DNA of 64,000 nt from an uncultured Acidobacteriota bacterium (GCA_963713825.1 CAVQNG010000005.1:224001-288000), one strand, 5' to 3'; shown: positions 10,018 to 19,743, counted from the stretch's first letter. Translations and numbers: made by a program. The notes: generated from the letters alone by a model not told the origin.

Positions 10018-10086
10018 CCAGTAAAGCTTGAAGAATTGATGTGCAAACTTGCATAAACACAGTGTTTTCAGGAGTTTCCTGGCGTC

Positions 10087-11145
10087 GTGTTTTGGTCACG
10101 GTCTAAAAGCGTAGTAGGGCTAGACATCGGTAGTTCCGGTGTCAAGCTCGTCGAGCTCAAAGAGCGCAAGCCCGGCGACTACCATCTCCTTCGGGTTGGA
10201 GTGGAGCCTCTGTCACCGGAAGCCATTGTCGATGGGTCCATCATGGATTCGTCGCTGGTCGTGGATGCCATTCAAAAGCTAACTCAGGAGACCGGCGCCA
10301 AGGGGTCGAGTTGCGCCACTTCCGTCTCCGGGCACTCGGTGATCATCAAGAAGATCCAGGTGCCGGCGATGCCGACCGCCGAACTGGAGGAGTCCATCCA
10401 GTGGGAGGCAGAGCAGTACATCCCATTCGACATCAATGATGTCCGACTCGACTATGTCGTGTTGTCCGAAGGGATGTCCGGGGATGACTCGATGGAGGTG
10501 CTGCTGGTTGCCGTCAAGCGGGACAAGGTCAATGACTACGTGTCCGTCATCAGCCAGTGTGGCAAGAGCCCGGCGGTTGTCGATCTCGATGCCTTCGCGG
10601 TGCAGAACGCGTATGAGGTCAACCACGACCTGGACCCCAATAAAGTAGTCGCGCTTGTCAACATGGGTGCGGGTGTCACCAACATCAACATCCTGGCACA
10701 CGGCTCGACGGTCTTCTGGCGGGATATTTCATTCGGTGGTAATCAGTTCACCGAAGCCCTGCAGCGTGAATACAACCTGTCCTTCGATCAGGCCGAGAGA
10801 GTCAAACGGGGCGAGCAGGTCGAGGAGTGCTCGGCAGCAGAAGCTCGTGCGGTTCTCGACTCTGTTTCCGCGGAGATGGCTTCTGAGATCCAGAAGACCT
10901 TCGACTTCTTCGCTGCCACGGCCGCCGAGGACAGTGTTGATGAGCTAATGCTCTCTGGCGGTTGTGCACAGACGCCGAATCTGCAGTCCGTACTGCAAGA
11001 GAGGTTCGGAGTTCGCACCGAGCTGATGAACCCGTTGCGCCGCATTCACTTCCGGGAGAGCGACTTTGACAGCCAGTGGCTACAGTCCATCGCGCCGATG
11101 CTGACCGTGGCCGTAGGACTGGCAGTCCGCAAGGTCGGGGAATAG
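10087..11145 (+). CDS. pilM: Type IV pilus assembly protein PilM
   Basis: VGLDIGSSGVKLVEL actin-like start, EAEQYIPF, LSGG, AVGLAVR. Confidence 0.97.
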   Translation: MFWSRSKSVVGLDIGSSGVKLVELKERKPGDYHLLRVGVEPLSPEAIVDGSIMDSSLVVDAIQKLTQETGAKGSSCATSVSGHSVIIKKIQVPAMPTAELEESIQWEAEQYIPFDINDVRLDYVVLSEGMSGDDSMEVLLVAVKRDKVNDYVSVISQCGKSPAVVDLDAFAVQNAYEVNHDLDPNKVVALVNMGAGVTNINILAHGSTVFWRDISFGGNQFTEALQREYNLSFDQAERVKRGEQVEECSAAEARAVLDSVSAEMASEIQKTFDFFAATAAEDSVDELMLSGGCAQTPNLQSVLQERFGVRTELMNPLRRIHFRESDFDSQWLQSIAPMLTVAVGLAVRKVGE

Positions 11146-11151
11146 CGAACC

Positions 11152-11757
11152 ATGATCAAGATCAATCTGGTTGGCGAAAGAAAGCGTCCGGCTGCGCCTG
11201 GGCCCTCGCAGTTGAAGGGTATCCAGGAGGGCGCCAACGCTGGGTTGTGGGCTCTGGTGGGGCTGGTTCTGGCCGGCATCCTGATCACTCTTGGACACCT
11301 CTATATCGTCAACGGCAAGGTGAAGGATATGCAGGCGCAGGTTGTCGAGGCCGAGAAAGAGGTCAAGGAGCTCGAGCCCTACATCAAGGAAGTCGAAGCG
11401 TACAAGGCCAAGAAGTCCGAGCTCGAGCGCAAAGTCCAGGTCATCAATCAGTTGAAGACCAACCAGAGAGGGCCGGTCCAGATCATGGACCAGGTATCCC
11501 GTGCCCTGCCCGAGCTGCTGTGGCTCACCAAGATGGACGTCACGCCGACGACCATCACCATTTCTGGCGAGGCCTTCAACACCAATGCCGTAGCCAACTT
11601 CATCGAGAACCTCGATCGCGTCACCGAGTTTCAGGAACCGATACTCAGAGATACGTCGCAGCGGGGTCAGATCTACACTTTCGTGGTGGCTTTCAATTAC
11701 ACCTATCAAGTTCCGCCGGCGGAGCAGCCCGAAGGGGCCGACGCCACGGCAGGATAG
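11152..11757 (+). CDS. pilN: Type IV pilus assembly protein PilN
   Basis: MIKINL N-terminus, TM helix, coiled coil, LPELLWLT. Confidence 0.93.
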   Translation: MIKINLVGERKRPAAPGPSQLKGIQEGANAGLWALVGLVLAGILITLGHLYIVNGKVKDMQAQVVEAEKEVKELEPYIKEVEAYKAKKSELERKVQVINQLKTNQRGPVQIMDQVSRALPELLWLTKMDVTPTTITISGEAFNTNAVANFIENLDRVTEFQEPILRDTSQRGQIYTFVVAFNYTYQVPPAEQPEGADATAG

Positions 11758-11772
11758 GAGAGGCTGGCGAGA

Positions 11773-12378
11773 ATGGGAATCCGAACCGGTCTGGAAGACA
11801 AACCCTGGTGGGTCTCGGCAATCGTGGGCCTCGTGCTGGCATGCTTGCTGTACTGGGGCGGGCACCACTATTTGCTGAAACCCAAGTACAAGGAGCTCGA
11901 CGCCCAAGAGGCGAAGTTGGCCGAGCTTCAGATCAAGATTCAAGAAGGTCGGGCGGCCAAGGCAGAACTGCCGCGCTTCCGAGAAGAGGTCCAGCGCCTC
12001 GAGCTCGAGTTGGACAAACTGCTCCGAATTCTTCCGGCTCGTCGCAACACTCCCGAGTTGCTGCGTCGAATCCGGGACCTGACCGAGCAGGGTGACTTCG
12101 AGCTCAAGCGATTCACACCTGGGAACTTCATCGATCAGGAGTTCTACAGCGAGTGGCCGATCGCCATCAGCCTGGACGGCACCTATCACAACCTTGCTCT
12201 GCTCTTCGATCGCGTGGGTCGGTTCTCCCGCATCATCAATATCGAAGGGTTGAAGATTCAGAACGTTCGCTCGCGAGACTCGGGGGCCGACACCATCGAG
12301 GCCAGTTTCACGGCGAAGACATTCATCTACAAAGAGCCCACCCCTGTCGAAGAAGAGGGCGTGGTCGAGGGTCAGTAG
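11773..12378 (+). CDS. pilO: Type IV pilus assembly protein PilO
   Basis: TM helix, ILP, FYSEWPI, GTYHNL..F..V....RII. Confidence 0.93.
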   Translation: MGIRTGLEDKPWWVSAIVGLVLACLLYWGGHHYLLKPKYKELDAQEAKLAELQIKIQEGRAAKAELPRFREEVQRLELELDKLLRILPARRNTPELLRRIRDLTEQGDFELKRFTPGNFIDQEFYSEWPIAISLDGTYHNLALLFDRVGRFSRIINIEGLKIQNVRSRDSGADTIEASFTAKTFIYKEPTPVEEEGVVEGQ

Positions 12379-12401
12379 ACGGAATGAGAATCGGGAGAAG
12401 G

Positions 12402-12944
12402 ATGATGAAATCGACAGCAAAGCGAACCCTGGCATCGACAGCGCTGTTCATGGCGTTGGCCCTGGTCATCGGGTGGCAGTCGACTGCTGTCTTGGCCCAG
12501 GAGCCAGAGGCCGCGCCGGCCCAACCGACGCTGCCGGCCCTGGATGACGAACCCGATACCAACGTGGACGACCTCCTGAAAGACGAATCAGCGATGTTGG
12601 CTGGTGAGGGCTACTACTACGATCCGGGTGATCGTCGGGACCCCTTCAAGTCGTTGATGGAGGCCAGAGACCGCCCGTTGATTCGGGGACCCAGGCCGGA
12701 AGGTATTCCTGGCCTGTTGATTGATGAGATTGACATTACCGGCGTCTTTGTCACTGCGAATGGGCCGATCATTCAGGTCCAGTCCTCTGACCGAGAGCAG
12801 AGCTATCTCCTGAGGATCGGGGATCAACTCTACGACGGTGATGTGATCGGTATCAGTGGCAACGAAGCGATATTCAAGCAGATTGTGGACGACCCGACCG
12901 CTCTTAAGCCGTTTCGGGAGGTGGTCAAGAAGCTCAACCCATGA
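12402..12944 (+). CDS. pilP: Type IV pilus assembly protein PilP-like
   Basis: YDPGDRRDPF motif and position between pilO and pilQ. Start chosen after a GGAGAAGG RBS. Confidence 0.8.
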   Translation: MMKSTAKRTLASTALFMALALVIGWQSTAVLAQEPEAAPAQPTLPALDDEPDTNVDDLLKDESAMLAGEGYYYDPGDRRDPFKSLMEARDRPLIRGPRPEGIPGLLIDEIDITGVFVTANGPIIQVQSSDREQSYLLRIGDQLYDGDVIGISGNEAIFKQIVDDPTALKPFREVVKKLNP

Positions 12945-12994
12945 GCGGGCACGGGATATCCCGGGCACCTGCTGGTGGGAGGGAGGCGAGCGCC

Positions 12995-15598
12995 ATGCGT
13001 AGTATCGCGAATAGAATTAGTCGGAGGGGTATGCGGCTCCTTGGCGCCTTGTATGGCGTCACGGCAGCGATGATCCTGATCGCTGCTGTAACGGTTCTAC
13101 CGGCCCAGGCTGCGGCGACCTCGACAACTGAGATCCAAAACCTGGCGGTACATCGGGGGTCGGGTGGGGCCCAACTCGAGGTGGCTAGCGATGGCACCCT
13201 CGTTTGGACTACCTATCGGGACGCCGATGGCCGTCTGGTTATCGAGCTGCCCAACAGCACGCCGGCAGACTCGGTCATCGACCTTTGGCCTGACGACGGC
13301 CTGCTCGAGGCCGTGGAGGTCACTACCGAGAACGGTGGTGATCGCCCCCTGACGCGTCTCACCATTCGGACGCGGGGTGCCACGGAACACTCGATTCAGG
13401 CTTCGGGGCCCGCCCTGTTGGTGGATTTCACCGCCATCGGCGAGGTCGCTGAGCGAACCTGGGACGAGCCGTCAGCAGACGACGCCGACACCCTGGCCGT
13501 GCAGTCGGTCGTGGTCGAGGAAGAGACTCTGCCAGCGGCACCGCCAGCCCCGAGAGTATCGACGGCCGAAACGCCGTTCGATGCTATTCAGGGACCGGTC
13601 GGTGAACCGATCGGCGTCGCGGCGACACAGCTCGAAGGCATCGAGGTGTCGAGTCATGACGGCGAGACCGTCGTGCGGATCGTCGGTGACGGTGGCTTCT
13701 ATTTTTCGAGCTTCAACCTCGATGCGCCCGATCGCTTCGTGGTCGACCTGCTCGGAGTCGCCAATCGGGCGCCTTCCCCCAGCATCATGGTCGAGAACCA
13801 CACGGTCGAGAGAGTGCGGATTGCCCAGTTCAAGGCGCAGCCCGACATGGTCTCCCGGGTCGTTGTGGATTTGAGAGATGCATCGGATACCCGGGTCGAG
13901 CAGATTCCGAACGGCCTGGAGCTGCGATTCGCTTCCAGCGCAGTGGCAACCATGGAGCTCCAGGAGAGCCCCATGGTCGAAGAGGCTCCCCAGGTTGCGG
14001 CTCTCGAGCCGACACCGGTCGAGCCCGAGCCTGTCGCCGTCGCGGAGCCGATCGTCGAGCCTGAGCCGGAAGGCATGGGTGCCAATGAGAACGGTACTGT
14101 CGGCGCCCATGAGCTTTCGACTCCGCCGGCTGCACTTCCTGTCGAGATCCAGCCCGAGCCGATCGCTCCCGAACCGGAGCCGGAGGTCGTCGAGCCCATC
14201 GCTGCAGCGACTCCCGAACCGGAATACCAGATTGCCGATGCGAGCCTGACCCGAGAGCCGGAACCCTCCTTTGTTAGCAGCAGCTATCAGGACGAGGTTG
14301 TCGAGGGCGGTGCGGCGCCACAAGCACAGGCCGCGCAGTCCTTTTCCAGCCAGACTGTCAGTGGCGATGCTCCGACCTACACCGGAGCGCCGATGTCCAT
14401 CAGCCTGAAGGATGGCGACATCAAAGACGTCCTGCGGTCCTTCGCTCAGATCAGCGGCTTGAACATCGTCGTGCAGCCCGGCGTCACGGGAACAGTGACC
14501 GTCGAGTTGACGGATGTTCCGTGGGACCAGGCGCTCGAAGAGATCCTCAAGATCAACGGTCTCGGCTACGTGCTCGAAGGCAACATCATGCGCGTCGCCC
14601 CGATCAAGGTCCTGGCCGACGAAGCGTCGGAGCGGCAGAGATTACGCCAGGCCAATGCGCTCTCCGTGCCGCTGAAGACCATCATGAAGCGCGTCAGCTA
14701 CGCCGAGGCGAGCACGATGGCCGGCATTCTCATGTCCGGTGGTGGTGCCAGTCTGGTGAGTCAGCGCGGTTCGGTAGTCGTCGATTCGCGGACCAACACC
14801 CTGATCATCAAAGAGCTGCCGGACTACATCGACACGGTCCTGGCGGTCATCGAGACCTTGGATGTTCCAGAGCCTCAAGTCATGATCGAGGCCAGGATCA
14901 TCGAGACCACGAAGCGATTCAATCGAACTCTGGGTATCCAGTGGGGCTTCAATGGAGTTTCGTCTCCCGCTTATGGGAACACGACCGGACTCCAGTTCCC
15001 GAACCAGGGCTCGGTCGACGGTAGTGTCAATCTGCTGACCGGTGGTAGCAACGGTCTCCTGGATATTTCCCTGGGGAACGTACTCGGGACCTTCTCGATC
15101 GACGCAACCCTGCAAGCGGCCGAGGACGAGGGGCTGATCAACATTCTGTCAGCCCCGAAGGTCGCGACCCTGAACAACGAGCAGGCCTCCATTCAGAGCG
15201 GTCTGCAGATCCCGATTCAGACGGTGGCCAACAACACAGTCAGCGTGCAGTTTGTCAACGCCACGCTGCGATTGGATGTCACTCCGCATGTCACTGCCGA
15301 GGGCACCGTGCTGATGGATATCAATATCCAGAAGCGAGAGCCTTTGCTGGCCTTCACCGTTGTGGGAGCGACGAACGCCCCCATCGCGACGAAGGACGCG
15401 CGGACCCGAGTGATCGTCCGGGACGGTGGTACAACGGTCATCGGAGGTATCTACAAGGTTACTTCGGACCAGGGTGAGGATCGAGTCCCAGGGCTCGCCA
15501 ATATTCCTGTTCTGGGTCATCTCTTCAAGAACAAGCGTCGAAGCGATGAGAACGAAGAGCTGTTGATCTTCATCACCCCAAGGGTGATCAAGCTATAG
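12995..15598 (+). CDS. pilQ: Type IV pilus secretin PilQ (two AMIN-like domains, Pro/Glu linker, secretin domain)
   Basis: PDRFVVD and VRIAQF AMIN motifs, VPWDQAL, QVMIEARI, VPGLANIPVLGHLFK, ELLIFITPRVI. Confidence 0.96.
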   Translation: MRSIANRISRRGMRLLGALYGVTAAMILIAAVTVLPAQAAATSTTEIQNLAVHRGSGGAQLEVASDGTLVWTTYRDADGRLVIELPNSTPADSVIDLWPDDGLLEAVEVTTENGGDRPLTRLTIRTRGATEHSIQASGPALLVDFTAIGEVAERTWDEPSADDADTLAVQSVVVEEETLPAAPPAPRVSTAETPFDAIQGPVGEPIGVAATQLEGIEVSSHDGETVVRIVGDGGFYFSSFNLDAPDRFVVDLLGVANRAPSPSIMVENHTVERVRIAQFKAQPDMVSRVVVDLRDASDTRVEQIPNGLELRFASSAVATMELQESPMVEEAPQVAALEPTPVEPEPVAVAEPIVEPEPEGMGANENGTVGAHELSTPPAALPVEIQPEPIAPEPEPEVVEPIAAATPEPEYQIADASLTREPEPSFVSSSYQDEVVEGGAAPQAQAAQSFSSQTVSGDAPTYTGAPMSISLKDGDIKDVLRSFAQISGLNIVVQPGVTGTVTVELTDVPWDQALEEILKINGLGYVLEGNIMRVAPIKVLADEASERQRLRQANALSVPLKTIMKRVSYAEASTMAGILMSGGGASLVSQRGSVVVDSRTNTLIIKELPDYIDTVLAVIETLDVPEPQVMIEARIIETTKRFNRTLGIQWGFNGVSSPAYGNTTGLQFPNQGSVDGSVNLLTGGSNGLLDISLGNVLGTFSIDATLQAAEDEGLINILSAPKVATLNNEQASIQSGLQIPIQTVANNTVSVQFVNATLRLDVTPHVTAEGTVLMDINIQKREPLLAFTVVGATNAPIATKDARTRVIVRDGGTTVIGGIYKVTSDQGEDRVPGLANIPVLGHLFKNKRRSDENEELLIFITPRVIKL

Positions 15599-15617
15599 GC
15601 TGACGGAGGAGCTGCTA

Positions 15618-16178
15618 ATGCGCCGTGTCACGAACTATTTGTTGATCCTAATCCTGGCCGTTGGCGTTGCTGGATGCGACAGCAATACGGACAGGACCGA
15701 TGGTGGTGGCGTCCTGCTCTCGGTCAGCGACTTCGACGGACTGCCGCTGTTGGCAAGTGTCAATTCGACATTGTCAACCGGCGGTCTGATTCAAATCGAG
15801 TCGTTAACCATTCAGAACATCGCCAAGAACCCGACGGGTACTACCAGCGATCTGATGAACGTCGAGATTCAGTCGTACGAGGTCCAGTACTCGCGAGCCG
15901 ATCGAGGAACGCGGGTGCCGACCCCCTACGTGCGCGGGATTTTCGGCGTGGCGCCGGTCGATGGGACCGTGGACTACGAGAACTTGCCTGTCATGAGCTC
16001 CGATCAGCTGAATACGACGCCTCTGTCGGACCTCAAGTACTCCAATGGAGGCGTCGACACAGAGACAGGGGAGCCCAAGATCGTTCTGAACTTCCAGGTC
16101 CGATTCTTCGGCCGTACACTGTCGGGTGACACCGTCGATACGCAGCCGATCTTCTTCACAATCGAGTTCATTCCTTAG
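15618..16178 (+). CDS. Uncharacterised beta-rich lipoprotein immediately downstream of pilQ
   Basis: Signal peptide with lipobox VAGC; GGAG RBS. Confidence 0.75.
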   Translation: MRRVTNYLLILILAVGVAGCDSNTDRTDGGGVLLSVSDFDGLPLLASVNSTLSTGGLIQIESLTIQNIAKNPTGTTSDLMNVEIQSYEVQYSRADRGTRVPTPYVRGIFGVAPVDGTVDYENLPVMSSDQLNTTPLSDLKYSNGGVDTETGEPKIVLNFQVRFFGRTLSGDTVDTQPIFFTIEFIP

Positions 16179-16209
16179 CCCTGCGGGGCCGTAGAGCAGG
16201 AGAGTCGCC

Positions 16210-16734
16210 ATGAGTCGACTGAAAGACAGAAGGTTCCAAGGGCTGATCGTCACCGCCGTTTGCGGGCTGGCCTTGCTGGTGGCGTGTTCGACAGATTCGC
16301 CGACGGCCCCCTTGCAGGTGCCACCACCACCAACTGACGGAGGTGGTGGCGTCGGTACCGGGGAAGCCCCCTTCATTACTAGCATCTCACCCAACACTGG
16401 AACCGGGGCCGGTGGCACGACCGTCGAGATCAAGGGAATAGGTTTCTTCGCTCCGCTTCGGGTGGATTTTGACGGCGCTCTGGCAATCGTACAAAGCGTC
16501 TCCTCCAATGGCACCTCCATCAGGGTCAAGACTCCGCCCTACGGTGGAGATTACGACCTGGACGCCTGCGACTATATTGGGCTGCTGGACGGAGAACGCA
16601 ACTCGCCGACGCCGGTGGACGTCACGGTTGAGCTTTCTGCTTCCGGTGGGAGCGATTCCGTCACAGCGGGTTTCAACTACGTGCCAGTGGACACGGAGTG
16701 CTACGAGGCTGGAATCCTAGGAGTAGGAAATTAG
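16210..16734 (+). CDS. Lipoprotein with an IPT/TIG domain
   Basis: Lipobox LVAC; PFITSISPNTG..AGGT.V.IKG.GF...IRVKTPP...FNY. Confidence 0.8.
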   Translation: MSRLKDRRFQGLIVTAVCGLALLVACSTDSPTAPLQVPPPPTDGGGGVGTGEAPFITSISPNTGTGAGGTTVEIKGIGFFAPLRVDFDGALAIVQSVSSNGTSIRVKTPPYGGDYDLDACDYIGLLDGERNSPTPVDVTVELSASGGSDSVTAGFNYVPVDTECYEAGILGVGN

Positions 16735-16798
16735 GGCAACGGAGGCTTCTACTAGCAAGACTCGCTAGTAAGGATTCAGTTGAGTGCAGAGAGTCTCC

Positions 16799-16834
16799 GA
16801 GGCGGCTACCTAGACGGGTAGCCGCCTCTGTTCG
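16799..16834 (+). terminator. 12-bp perfect hairpin, probable terminator of the pil operon
   Basis: GAGGCGGCTACC-tagacg-GGTAGCCGCCTC followed by only a weak TGTT tail. Confidence 0.5.
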
Positions 16835-16851
16835 TATACTCCTGTGAAGCC

Positions 16852-18108
16852 ATGCGCTATTTCCTGACAGCCTGCGTGATTGTGCTCCTGATAGCCGTCG
16901 TACCTGGCTGTGACAAGGCCTCCCCGGTTGCCCCTGCCGGTACGACGATCAGTCTCAGCGTCAATCCATCTCGCATCGATATCAGCGGCACTGCCTCGAT
17001 CACGGCCATCGTCAGGCGCGACAACGGTACCGCGGTCAACCCGGGCACCGAAGTCAATTTCTCGACCTCGCTCGGATTACTGGATCCAGAGCTCGCCACG
17101 ACCGATGATGCCGGTGTGGCCCGAACCACGTTGAAGGGGGCTGGGCAGGTCGGAGTGGCCACGATCGAGGCCAGTACCGGGGCCGCAACGCCCTCGACGG
17201 TGGAGTTGCAGATCGGCTCCCTGGCTTCTTCGGCCACTCTCGTGGCCAGCCCTACCGCTATTGGACAGGGAGGTGGGACCATCGAGCTGCTGGCCGTCGT
17301 GCGCGACGATGCCGGTCAGCTGCTGAACGAGCTGGCTGTCAACTTCTCGACGACTGCGGGGACACTACAATCGCGTGGTGCGGCAATACTCACCAATCAG
17401 CTTGGCGAGGCGAGAGACCAGCTGACGGTTACCGAGCTCGACATCATCGCCCTGACAACAAACGTCATTACGGTCACTGTGTTCGCCTCCACGGACGGCG
17501 GCTCGCTCTTGGAGACCACGACGGACATCAGCGTTCGGGGTCTGATCTCCAATATCTCTCTCCAGGTCTCACCGGGCTCGGTGGCGGCATCGGGTGGCAC
17601 GCTGAAGCTGCTCGCCCTGGTGAAGGACGACGTGGGGCTGGGAGTCCAGGGGGCGGGTGTCAACTTCGTCAGCCAGGCCGGTACGCTGGCCTCGGGTGGA
17701 GGGGTTCTGCGCACCGATTCGGGTGGACAGGCCGAAGACTCCCTGACCTTGACGGTGCAAGATATCGATGCGCTCGGCAGTCGAACCTTCAAAGTCCAAG
17801 CCTTCAGTACCGACTCGACAGGGGCGCAAATTTCGGCCGAATTCACGGTCAGCGTACAGACCGGTGCACCGATTGCCGACTTCACCTTTGTGGCGACGGG
17901 GCTCTCCGTCCAGTTCAACAATCAGAGCTCAGGCGATCAACCGCTGTCCTACTTGTGGGATTTTGGCGACAGCACGACGCCCGCCAACCGGACCGAGGCC
18001 AATCCACTGCACAGCTACACCAATCCCGGCACGTTCAACGTGACGCTGGAAGTCACCAACTCGGTGGGAACGGACAGCGTCACCAAACCGGTCGTGGTTC
18101 AACAGTAG
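16852..18108 (+). CDS. Lipoprotein with three invasin/Big_1-like repeats and a C-terminal PKD domain
   Basis: Lipobox VPGC; three repeats containing VNF...G.L....T...G.A; PKD motif YLWDFGD...NP.HSY..PG.F.V.L.V.N. Confidence 0.85.
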   Translation: MRYFLTACVIVLLIAVVPGCDKASPVAPAGTTISLSVNPSRIDISGTASITAIVRRDNGTAVNPGTEVNFSTSLGLLDPELATTDDAGVARTTLKGAGQVGVATIEASTGAATPSTVELQIGSLASSATLVASPTAIGQGGGTIELLAVVRDDAGQLLNELAVNFSTTAGTLQSRGAAILTNQLGEARDQLTVTELDIIALTTNVITVTVFASTDGGSLLETTTDISVRGLISNISLQVSPGSVAASGGTLKLLALVKDDVGLGVQGAGVNFVSQAGTLASGGGVLRTDSGGQAEDSLTLTVQDIDALGSRTFKVQAFSTDSTGAQISAEFTVSVQTGAPIADFTFVATGLSVQFNNQSSGDQPLSYLWDFGDSTTPANRTEANPLHSYTNPGTFNVTLEVTNSVGTDSVTKPVVVQQ

Positions 18109-18193
18109 CTGCGCCTGCGATAGCAGACTCGAAATTCCTCGGCGGCGCCTCGCGCCGGTTCACTCCTCTGCACCCGAGCTGTCGAATCTCGGC

Positions 18194-18199
18194 TATAAT
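18194..18199 (+). promoter_or_regulatory. Candidate -10 box for the TPR-roadblock-accBC operon
   Basis: TATAAT in the intergenic gap. Confidence 0.4.
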
Positions 18200-18294
18200 C
18201 TGGCAGTTCCATGTCGGGTGAGAGTGCACGCACTCTCGATAGAGAGAGGCCTGTAAATCTCGCCAGTTTGCCCTCGAATCGGATGGGTCGAGCC

Positions 18295-19380
18295 ATGAGC
18301 GAATCGATCGAAGAGATGCTCCAGCGGTGGGAGGAAGAGCCCACACCACAGCTGTCCCTACAGCTGGCTGAAGAGTACCGTCGACAGGGTCGGCTCGAGG
18401 AGGGCACCACCATCCTCGAACAGGCTCTACGGCTGCATCCGAACCATGTCGCTGCCCGCGTCGCCTACGGGCGATTCCTTCTCGAGTCGGGCCAGATGGA
18501 AGATGCTGCAGCGGTTCTGGAAGCGGTGGTCGATGAAGATCCGACCCACCTGGTGGCCAACAAGCTCTTGATCGGCCTTTACCTCGAAGGCAACCGTCTC
18601 AAGGACGCCAGGGATCGTCTCGATCTCTACAAACTGCTCAACGAGAGCGATCCGGAGATCGAAATGCTCGAGGCGCAGCTGACGTCGAGCGGCTCTCCTG
18701 GAGCTCCGCCAACCTCGGTCGATGCGGGAGGGCGGGTCTTCGTGCTCGGTGGGTCGCCACCGCCACCGGATCTCCAGAGATTGGTTGCTGAGGGCGGTTC
18801 GAGAGTCGGGCTGCGGGCCCGGCCGAGGGCTCTGGCATCCGAAGGCCCTTTCGGTGATCTCTGGCAGGGTGTCGATCAGGAGGAGTACGACCACGCACTC
18901 GGAGCTGAGGGGATTTTTCCTGTCGTTGTAGCGGTGGTTGCCGAGGAGTCCGAGGCAGCTCTGGTGGTCGAAATCGAAGACGTCGAGGCGCCGGAGATCG
19001 AGCTGGTCTCGGAGCCGGAGTTGGCTGAAGAGGAGCTTGAAGAGGCGGCCGTGGAGCCCGAGCCGATCATGGAAGCGGTGGAAGATGCGCCGCTTCCAGC
19101 GATCGGAGCAACGACGACTCTGGCGAATCTCTATCTGGACCAGGGGCACTTGGACGATGCCGCGCTGGCATTCGAGGAGGTCCTGGCGAGAGAGCCGGAC
19201 AATGCGGCTGCGAGCCACGGCCTGGCCGAGACGCGCCGCAGAATGGGTGAATCCCTGGAGGCCGAGGATTCGGCGGATGGGGAAGAGGAAGACGACAGGC
19301 TGGGGGCCCGCGATCGAAAGGCTCGTGTTCTGCGTCAGTACCTCGATCGACTGAAGGCTGCCAGCGGGAGGCTGCAATAG
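18295..19380 (+). CDS. TPR protein with an acidic linker
   Basis: LAEEYRRQGRLEE...L..HP N-terminal TPRs, Glu-rich middle, TLANLYLDQGH...VLAREPDN C-terminal TPR. Confidence 0.8.
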   Translation: MSESIEEMLQRWEEEPTPQLSLQLAEEYRRQGRLEEGTTILEQALRLHPNHVAARVAYGRFLLESGQMEDAAAVLEAVVDEDPTHLVANKLLIGLYLEGNRLKDARDRLDLYKLLNESDPEIEMLEAQLTSSGSPGAPPTSVDAGGRVFVLGGSPPPPDLQRLVAEGGSRVGLRARPRALASEGPFGDLWQGVDQEEYDHALGAEGIFPVVVAVVAEESEAALVVEIEDVEAPEIELVSEPELAEEELEEAAVEPEPIMEAVEDAPLPAIGATTTLANLYLDQGHLDDAALAFEEVLAREPDNAAASHGLAETRRRMGESLEAEDSADGEEEDDRLGARDRKARVLRQYLDRLKAASGRLQ

Positions 19381-19383
19381 ATC

Positions 19384-19743
19384 ATGTTTCAGGAAAGACT
19401 GCAGAGTATCTGCGACAGCATCGATGGCGCCCTGGCAGTGTCCCTCGTCGACGCTGATGGCATTACCGTAGAAGCGATCAGCGACGGCTCCTCCCTCGAT
19501 CTGGAGGCACTTGGCGCCGAGCTTTTGGCGCAGACGCGGACAATCTCGAGGGACCACCGGGAGTTGGCGATGGGGGAGGTGCGACAGCTCTCCGTCACGA
19601 CCGACCTGTACACGGTCCTGGTGAGCGCGCTGACCGGCAACTACAGTCTGCTTCTGGTTCTCGAGGAAAAGGGCGGCAGCTATGGGAAAGCCCGTTTCGA
19701 GCTGCGGCGAGCGCAGTTGAAGCTCGAGGGTGACCTGGCCTAG
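19384..19743 (+). CDS. Roadblock/LC7 domain protein (MglB/MglC-like)
   Basis: 119 aa, DGALAVSLVDADGITVE and G.YGKARFELR pattern; lies between pilQ and accB. Confidence 0.82.
   Translation: MFQERLQSICDSIDGALAVSLVDADGITVEAISDGSSLDLEALGAELLAQTRTISRDHRELAMGEVRQLSVTTDLYTVLVSALTGNYSLLLVLEEKGGSYGKARFELRRAQLKLEGDLA

Noticed and set aside
10036-10053. Possible sigma54 promoter (TTGCA at -12) upstream of pilM
   Set aside because: The required GG at -24 is absent at the correct spacing
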